From a virus (lineage: Duplodnaviria > Caudoviricetes): a stretch of 29,634 nucleotides of DNA. Within the stretch, counting starts at the first letter, position 1. Every line of letters begins with the position of its first letter. The translations under genes and the position numbers were made by a program. Where the stretch lies: IMG/VR virus record IMGVR_UViG_3300030433_001537, positions 1 through 29,634 of that record; one strand, 5' to 3'. Shown piece after piece: positions 24,237 through 29,634 of this stretch. The notes under the pieces were generated by a model, which was given only the letters and a program-made list of their open reading frames with translations, was not told the origin of the DNA and made no database searches.

Positions 24237-26278
24237 ACTATATTCAATAATTCTAAACTACTATCTCCTGTTGTCAAATTTGTTTTAATACTATTTATTC
24301 TATAGTTTCTATTATGTAACGAAATTTTATCATTCAATTTTAAATCAAATATAATTTTTAGTGGTAGCTTGGCTTTTACTTTTGTTAATCTTCTTCCTGC
24401 ATTGAATACATCTTGTATATAAGTCTTGTAACAATTTTCAAAAAGTGTACCTGTAAAAGTAGATCCTCCTGTATATTCATTTACTTCTAAATCAAAATGT
24501 ATATTATCAGTAGAGGTAGAACTTGATATTGCTCTTGAATTACTAGGAATCCAATAACTTGACATTGATTGATTACTTGTTTCTGTATTTTTAAGACTGA
24601 TTGCAGTTGTACTTGAAGATTGTTTTATTGCATAAAATATAAGTGGTAATCCATAGAAGGATTCTTTATTATCATCCACAAACCATCCAAATTGTATGGA
24701 TGTATTTGCACCTCCAGTTGCATTTACTAATCTTTGATATTGTAAATGTTCAAAAGGTATTTCTACTTTATAAGTATCAGAAGGAGCATCAAAAGTTGAA
24801 TCTGCTGAATATTCTATAGTACCCCATCCTTTATTTTCTAACTGTTCAAATTGTTTTGATAAAAATGTACCTAATCCTTTATAAGCAAAATCTATCTCTT
24901 TGAATGGTAAAGCCACATCTACACTACTACTTTTAATATCTACATATTCATCTATATTATGAGTTATGGAAGATGCAGCATAGAAATCATCTAATTTTTG
25001 TACAACTATGGTACCTGCATCATTTATAAAAGCAGTCAAGTTAAACATTCTAAAAAGGCCTGTAAGAAAGTCTATAACTTTCATTTTAGGTATTTGTTCG
25101 TTTATTCTAAATTCAAATGTAGTACCAGTAACTGTTTGACTTGAAGATCTCCACTCATCATTCCAAGCAGTAACACTACCATCATCAGTACCCCCTAAGT
25201 TACCATTTACTGCAAATCTTACATTACCTGAGTTAAATGTAACTGTACTTGTAGAACCAATAGCAACTGTATATGTACCTGATGCTAGGGTAAAATCACT
25301 TTGAGTAACTAATTGAGTGCCAGTTACATCTTCTGCTTGAAATATTTGTGAACCATTCCTAAAAATTCTAATAGTATATACATCAGTAGTTGTTGGTATA
25401 AATGTAAAAGTAAATCCTAAAATAGTATTTGGATAAGTAGTATAAGTAGATGATACATTCACTCCATTACCTGATACACTTGTAGTAGCAGGAGGATCAC
25501 TTTCTAAACCAAATCCAGTTACAGTTTTAAACTGCATTGATACTTGTTGAGCAGGTTCTACATCTCCCTTTTTTCTATGTAACCATAAATACAAGTTATA
25601 CCAAGTTGCATTAGAGCTATCAAAAAAATCATTACTAAATGTAATACTGTATTTTGTTTGTATGGCCTGTACTATTTCGTGTAACCTTATGGCATATTTA
25701 AGATCACTCCAAAACACACCATTAGAACTGCTGCTACTAGCATAATGAAGATTACCATTTCCTACATTACCACCACTATCAAAATATAATTGTCTAGTAT
25801 GAGTAATAAGAGGAGTAATAAAACCACCTGTACTTGTTTGCATTTTGTTTTTGATATTACCAAAACTATAATCAATATCAAAAGAACTTAGATCTAAAGC
25901 TGATAATTCATCATCTCCAAGTAAGTCTTTTAGGTTTACTGTTTCTCCAAAGAATGTTATTTTATAAGAATATGGTTTATTTTTTTTTAGTTGTACTCCT
26001 TCTAGTCTTATGAATCCTTTTTTGAAAGGTACATTGTTTAATTGTATTTCTGCTGCCTCTTTCCTTCTAGCATCAAAAGTATTTACTATATCGTAATTAT
26101 GATAATGCTTGAATAATTTATTATTTGTTTTAGATGCAGGTATTGTAAATGTTTGTGTAAACTCTGTAAAGATCTTAGCTATATCTCTTACATTTTGTAT
26201 TGTTTGATTTATAGATACACTCTCATCTTTAAATAAATCTACCCTAGTATTACTTATGAATAATTGTAACTTCTGCAT
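24233..26278 (-). CDS. Tail-tip / baseplate hub-like structural protein
   Basis: 681 aa; DLFKDESVSI, FTQTFTIPAS..N, FRMFNL and C-terminal YRINSIK.NL.TG.S.LEL; central S/T-rich Ig-like insert. Confidence 0.6.
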   Translation of the reverse strand: MQKLQLFISNTRVDLFKDESVSINQTIQNVRDIAKIFTEFTQTFTIPASKTNNKLFKHYHNYDIVNTFDARRKEAAEIQLNNVPFKKGFIRLEGVQLKKNKPYSYKITFFGETVNLKDLLGDDELSALDLSSFDIDYSFGNIKNKMQTSTGGFITPLITHTRQLYFDSGGNVGNGNLHYASSSSSNGVFWSDLKYAIRLHEIVQAIQTKYSITFSNDFFDSSNATWYNLYLWLHRKKGDVEPAQQVSMQFKTVTGFGLESDPPATTSVSGNGVNVSSTYTTYPNTILGFTFTFIPTTTDVYTIRIFRNGSQIFQAEDVTGTQLVTQSDFTLASGTYTVAIGSTSTVTFNSGNVRFAVNGNLGGTDDGSVTAWNDEWRSSSQTVTGTTFEFRINEQIPKMKVIDFLTGLFRMFNLTAFINDAGTIVVQKLDDFYAASSITHNIDEYVDIKSSSVDVALPFKEIDFAYKGLGTFLSKQFEQLENKGWGTIEYSADSTFDAPSDTYKVEIPFEHLQYQRLVNATGGANTSIQFGWFVDDNKESFYGLPLIFYAIKQSSSTTAISLKNTETSNQSMSSYWIPSNSRAISSSTSTDNIHFDLEVNEYTGGSTFTGTLFENCYKTYIQDVFNAGRRLTKVKAKLPLKIIFDLKLNDKISLHNRNYRINSIKTNLTTGDSSLELLNIV

Positions 26279-27264
26279 TATCTAACATTATTAATATAAT
26301 CAGAGGCCTCTTCAAATTGTATGGTATATTGTATTAGTTTGTCATTTAAGGATGTCTTTTGAGTGAGGCTACTTGTTTTTACAGTAACAGGTACTACCTC
26401 ATCTGTAGAAGGATTTGTATATTTAGGCCTTATCATCCATACATACTCAGATAATAATAATTGCTCAAACCAAGTATTAGTAAACTCAGGATAAAAGCCT
26501 GATGATAAAGTATGAGTTTGTTTACCTTGTTTATCAAATGTTTTTACAGAATGTGATAATGTAGAATAAGATCCTGATGTACTAATAATATTTCTTTGAT
26601 AGTTATCTGATTTTACATTTGTAGATTGTACTGCTTTCAAAAAGAACCATAACTCTTGTAATGCACCAAACTTATTTATAAATACTATCTTTCTTCCTGA
26701 TCCATATTTTGTACAGTCTATTCTATTTATAGTTACTGTACCCACAGATCCTAAACTATCTGAAGTATCTCCTGATGTAAATTCTTGAGTTTGTATTTCT
26801 CCATTGCTATCAAAATACTGGAAAGCACCACCTTTACCTACAGGTACATATATTTTATAATTGTTACTGTTTTGATGATCAGGAGAAAAAGCAAAAGAGT
26901 TTGCTGATGCAGTTGGATTAGCACCTTCAGAGAAAATACCATATCCATCTAATCCTCTATGGGCTACTGTATTACCTCCAGTTACCACACTTCCTCCTGC
27001 ATTTGCAGCACTATGGAAACTAATAACTCTTGATATTGCTATTTCATTTTGAGGATAACTAGCAGGATCTAGAGTAATAGTAGGAGTAAGATAATCTCTT
27101 GATAACTCAGATATTTCAAACAATACTGGGCTACCTGCAGTACAAGACTTTATAATAGTATATCTAACCACACCATTAATACTTAATTGTAGTTTAGCTG
27201 ATACTGCTCCACTTGGAGTTGTTAATGATTCATATCTTGGAGATCTTAAAAGTATTGTAGCCAT
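26278..27264 (-). CDS. Distal-tail-like structural protein
   Basis: 328 aa; FINKFGA, LSSGF, EQLLLSE.VW and QYTIQFE; coupled to the hub gene. Confidence 0.55.
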   Translation of the reverse strand: MATILLRSPRYESLTTPSGAVSAKLQLSINGVVRYTIIKSCTAGSPVLFEISELSRDYLTPTITLDPASYPQNEIAISRVISFHSAANAGGSVVTGGNTVAHRGLDGYGIFSEGANPTASANSFAFSPDHQNSNNYKIYVPVGKGGAFQYFDSNGEIQTQEFTSGDTSDSLGSVGTVTINRIDCTKYGSGRKIVFINKFGALQELWFFLKAVQSTNVKSDNYQRNIISTSGSYSTLSHSVKTFDKQGKQTHTLSSGFYPEFTNTWFEQLLLSEYVWMIRPKYTNPSTDEVVPVTVKTSSLTQKTSLNDKLIQYTIQFEEASDYINNVR

Positions 27265-27267
27265 ATC

Positions 27268-27798
27268 TTATTTTTTAACACCTAGTATTACATTTCTTTC
27301 TACATCAAGTAGGTAAGCATTTAAGAAGTCATCTCCAAATCTTTGAATACCTTTCTCAAATGGATTAGAGAAAAACAAAGTAGCTCTAAGCCCTTTCCTC
27401 CATATACTATTTACAATAATATATTGCATAGACTTATAACTCATAAATCTTCCTCTACTATCTCTAAATTGAAATTTCTTTAGTTTTATCCAATTCTCTA
27501 TACCTTTTGTAAGGCCTCCTCTTTTACCTGTACCTGTACCAAACTTAAATGGACTGTTTGAACTTTCAGAATAACTTGATTGAGTACCTTTGACACCTTG
27601 ATCTTGGAAAGCTCCATAATCTGCCATCTTGAACCTAACAAAGAAATTATTATTATTATCATATTCAAATTCAGGTTCTAAAGAATCATATAGCTTACCT
27701 GTTAGTCTTTTACCTTTCTTGCTAAGATTGGTTCTAGATTGTTGTACTACATATTTGGCATATTTCTTTACTGCCTTCTCTAACTCTTTTAACCTCAT
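27268..27798 (-). CDS. Neck / tail-completion protein (HK97 gp10-like)
   Basis: Basic 176 aa with TGKLYDSL, YGAFQDQGVKG and KGLRATLFFSNPF. Confidence 0.6.
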   Translation of the reverse strand: MRLKELEKAVKKYAKYVVQQSRTNLSKKGKRLTGKLYDSLEPEFEYDNNNNFFVRFKMADYGAFQDQGVKGTQSSYSESSNSPFKFGTGTGKRGGLTKGIENWIKLKKFQFRDSRGRFMSYKSMQYIIVNSIWRKGLRATLFFSNPFEKGIQRFGDDFLNAYLLDVERNVILGVKK

Positions 27799-28976
27799 AA
27801 TCTATAGTTGATACCTATACTACTATTTAATATTTCACTATCCCAAAACTTTACATATTCTCCTTCAAAGAATAATCCTAAATTCTTACCAAGTTTAAGG
27901 CCAAATATCAAACCACCTTGATAATCATTCCATTGCTCTCCATCAAGTAGATTGTTATGGCCACCTTTACCCCAACTGTTTCTATGTAAGTATGAGAAAT
28001 CTTCATTGCCTTTTATATAATTATGGTAAGGTAATATCCAGTTAAAGTAAGTATGTAACCAAAACTTAGATCTGTAATGATAGAAATCAAAACCTACAAT
28101 AGGTGCTACCTCCATAAAAGGATCAAGCTCTGCCCATCTCTCTTGGTTAAATCTATTCATCAATCCACCATATACTCTATCTCTAAAATCTCTATCTCCA
28201 TAAGCTACAATATCTCCTTCAGGATTTCTCCATATCCAATCATAAAATATATCTCCTGTAGTAATATCTGTATATGCAGTAAAGTGATCACTATATCCAT
28301 ATTCATATCCTAAAGTGTACCAGTAGTTTTTTGGAATCTCATTACCTAGATCATCTATTGTTATTTCATTAAGCCATATTTCTATAGGATTATATCCATA
28401 GGCCTTTTGATGAGATCTAGCTATAGCTCCTGCTGATATACTAAACTTCTTACCTATTGGTAATCTAAATCTTACCTCTGCTGATTGATATTCAAAATCT
28501 ACATTACCCTGCTTTCTTTGTTCTAATTTTACTATATGATATTTACCAGTATGCCTAATAAAGTATCTTGAGTTTTCAAACTCTTCAGATCTTTCTCTTT
28601 CTTTCTCAAAGTGTATCAGATATTCAAATCCTTTTACTGCTCCAGTTGGAGCTGAGATACCTATCATATTTTCAGATCCATCAATGTAATTTTGTTTTAC
28701 TTCGTAATCATATCTAGCTAATCTTCTGATACCAAAACCTAATCTGTAATCAAATGGATGATATACTGTTTCATCTACAACTTGAGGTATGGCATATAAA
28801 TCATCAGGATCTGTTCTTATGAAATAATCAGGGTATCTTGTTTCATAGGCCTCTCTTACATCAGCAGCCACATAAATTGTAGAATACTTAAATACCTCAT
28901 CATATATCTTTTTAAATACTTGGCCACTTACATTTGTGGTTAGTAATATTAGTAATATTGTTATTAGTTTTTTCAT
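27795..28976 (-). CDS. Putative outer-membrane beta-barrel protein
   Basis: Sec signal MKKLITILLILLTTNVSG|Q; aromatic-rich alternating strands (GFDFYHY, GLIFGLKL, GLFFEGEY); C-terminal SIGINYRL fits the beta-signal. Confidence 0.65.
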   Translation of the reverse strand: MKKLITILLILLTTNVSGQVFKKIYDEVFKYSTIYVAADVREAYETRYPDYFIRTDPDDLYAIPQVVDETVYHPFDYRLGFGIRRLARYDYEVKQNYIDGSENMIGISAPTGAVKGFEYLIHFEKERERSEEFENSRYFIRHTGKYHIVKLEQRKQGNVDFEYQSAEVRFRLPIGKKFSISAGAIARSHQKAYGYNPIEIWLNEITIDDLGNEIPKNYWYTLGYEYGYSDHFTAYTDITTGDIFYDWIWRNPEGDIVAYGDRDFRDRVYGGLMNRFNQERWAELDPFMEVAPIVGFDFYHYRSKFWLHTYFNWILPYHNYIKGNEDFSYLHRNSWGKGGHNNLLDGEQWNDYQGGLIFGLKLGKNLGLFFEGEYVKFWDSEILNSSIGINYRL

Positions 28977-28978
28977 CT

Positions 28979-29314
28979 TTAAAATTTATCTTCTATTATT
29001 TTATCTATATGTTTCTTTATAATCTCTATGCAGTTTTCAGGAAGTTTTAAATCAATACCACTTTCAACTCTAGTAACTTCTTTGCCATTATGATATAATA
29101 TTACTGTAGGGATATATTTAATGTTTTCTTCCTTAAATAAAACTGCCTTCTCCTCCATCTTAAAATAGTATATATTATAAGTTTTGAATGGAGTTAGTTT
29201 TACCTCAGAATCTTTTACAAAACCTGCTGAGAATTGTACAACACTTATATCATTCTTAAAGTCTTGGCCATATATAGATCCTGTTAGTAATAATATAAAT
29301 AATAATGCTTTCAT
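28979..29314 (-). CDS. Secreted thioredoxin-fold protein lacking CxxC
   Basis: Signal MKALLFILLLTGSIYG|Q; VVQFSAGF where thioredoxins have VVDFWAxWCGPC; IKYIPTVILYHNGKEV.R cis-Pro motif. Confidence 0.7.
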   Translation of the reverse strand: MKALLFILLLTGSIYGQDFKNDISVVQFSAGFVKDSEVKLTPFKTYNIYYFKMEEKAVLFKEENIKYIPTVILYHNGKEVTRVESGIDLKLPENCIEIIKKHIDKIIEDKF

Positions 29315-29622
29315 CTTCCCTTACTTATTTGATATAACCTCTCATCTATCTTTTTTAGATTTTCTTTTATTTCATTTATATCCTCTGATAATACATCTTG
29401 TTTCTCTTCTAATCTTTGTACTGTAGATCTTACAAGCTCATCTTTATATTGGAACTCTATAGGATTTACTGAATTTACTTTAAGATCTTCTACATCAGAA
29501 GAGTTTTGTGCTACAGAAGAGGATAAGGTAAAGTATGTAGCAGCAAGTGATATTGTAAAGAATATTATTACTCCTATAGTTTTGAGGTCTAGTGTTAGTT
29601 TTGAGTTTTCTGAGAGTTCCAT
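29311..29622 (-). CDS. Membrane-anchored coiled-coil protein
   Basis: N-terminal TM IGVIIFFTISLAATYFTL, then heptads VQRLEEKQDVLSEDINEIKENLKKIDERLY. Confidence 0.7.
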   Translation of the reverse strand: MELSENSKLTLDLKTIGVIIFFTISLAATYFTLSSSVAQNSSDVEDLKVNSVNPIEFQYKDELVRSTVQRLEEKQDVLSEDINEIKENLKKIDERLYQISKGR

Positions 29623-29634
29623 CTTAGCATATTG

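Noticed and set aside
37-29426. All plus-strand ORFs in the track (e.g. 37-276, 2052-2360, 10924-11187, 12424-12711, 21464-21757, 22418-22846, 29184-29426)
   Set aside because: Each lies antisense to a well-supported minus-strand gene and has the S/F/L-rich composition of a shadow frame, with no recognisable motifs.
1-29634. Stop-codon reassignment (as in some crAss-like phages)
   Set aside because: Genes are full-length and tile tightly in the standard code, and TAA, TGA and TAG all end genes at sensible positions.
1-29634. Prophage/lysogeny module or host flanking DNA
   Set aside because: No integrase, repressor, att-like repeat or bacterial housekeeping gene is visible; lifestyle cannot be determined from this window.

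Overview
This AT-rich, gene-dense window is most of a tailed dsDNA phage genome (siphovirus-like), with every credible gene on the minus strand. The host is probably a Bacteroidota/Flavobacteria member: there are no Shine-Dalgarno sites, starts are A-rich, TAnnTTTG promoters are present, and signal peptides are cleaved before Gln. In transcription order (right to left) it holds: a three-gene cell-envelope module (membrane-anchored coiled coil, CxxC-less secreted thioredoxin fold, outer-membrane beta-barrel); neck, tail-tip and tape-measure genes; a multidomain prohead protease, scaffold, major capsid, major tail, portal and adaptor; a 1772-aa repetitive tail fibre with an S74 chaperone; an M15 endolysin and holin; a structured non-coding region (~7.95-8.12 kb); NinG, SSAP, SSB, an SF4-like helicase, an ECF-like sigma factor, nucleases, a DnaA-C-like HTH, a DUF5664-like nucleotide hydrolase and a PAPS-reductase-like protein; then terS and a terL cut by the window edge. 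The most notable observations are the tripartite envelope module, a five-copy CAAA(A)T-N13/14-CGTTAW promoter motif that may belong to the phage sigma factor, a promoter/triple-hairpin/G7/pyrimidine-tract element (ncRNA or RNA-primed origin), strong CpG depletion with GATC excess, and a rearranged morphogenesis gene order. All family calls come from recognising motifs by eye; no searches were run.
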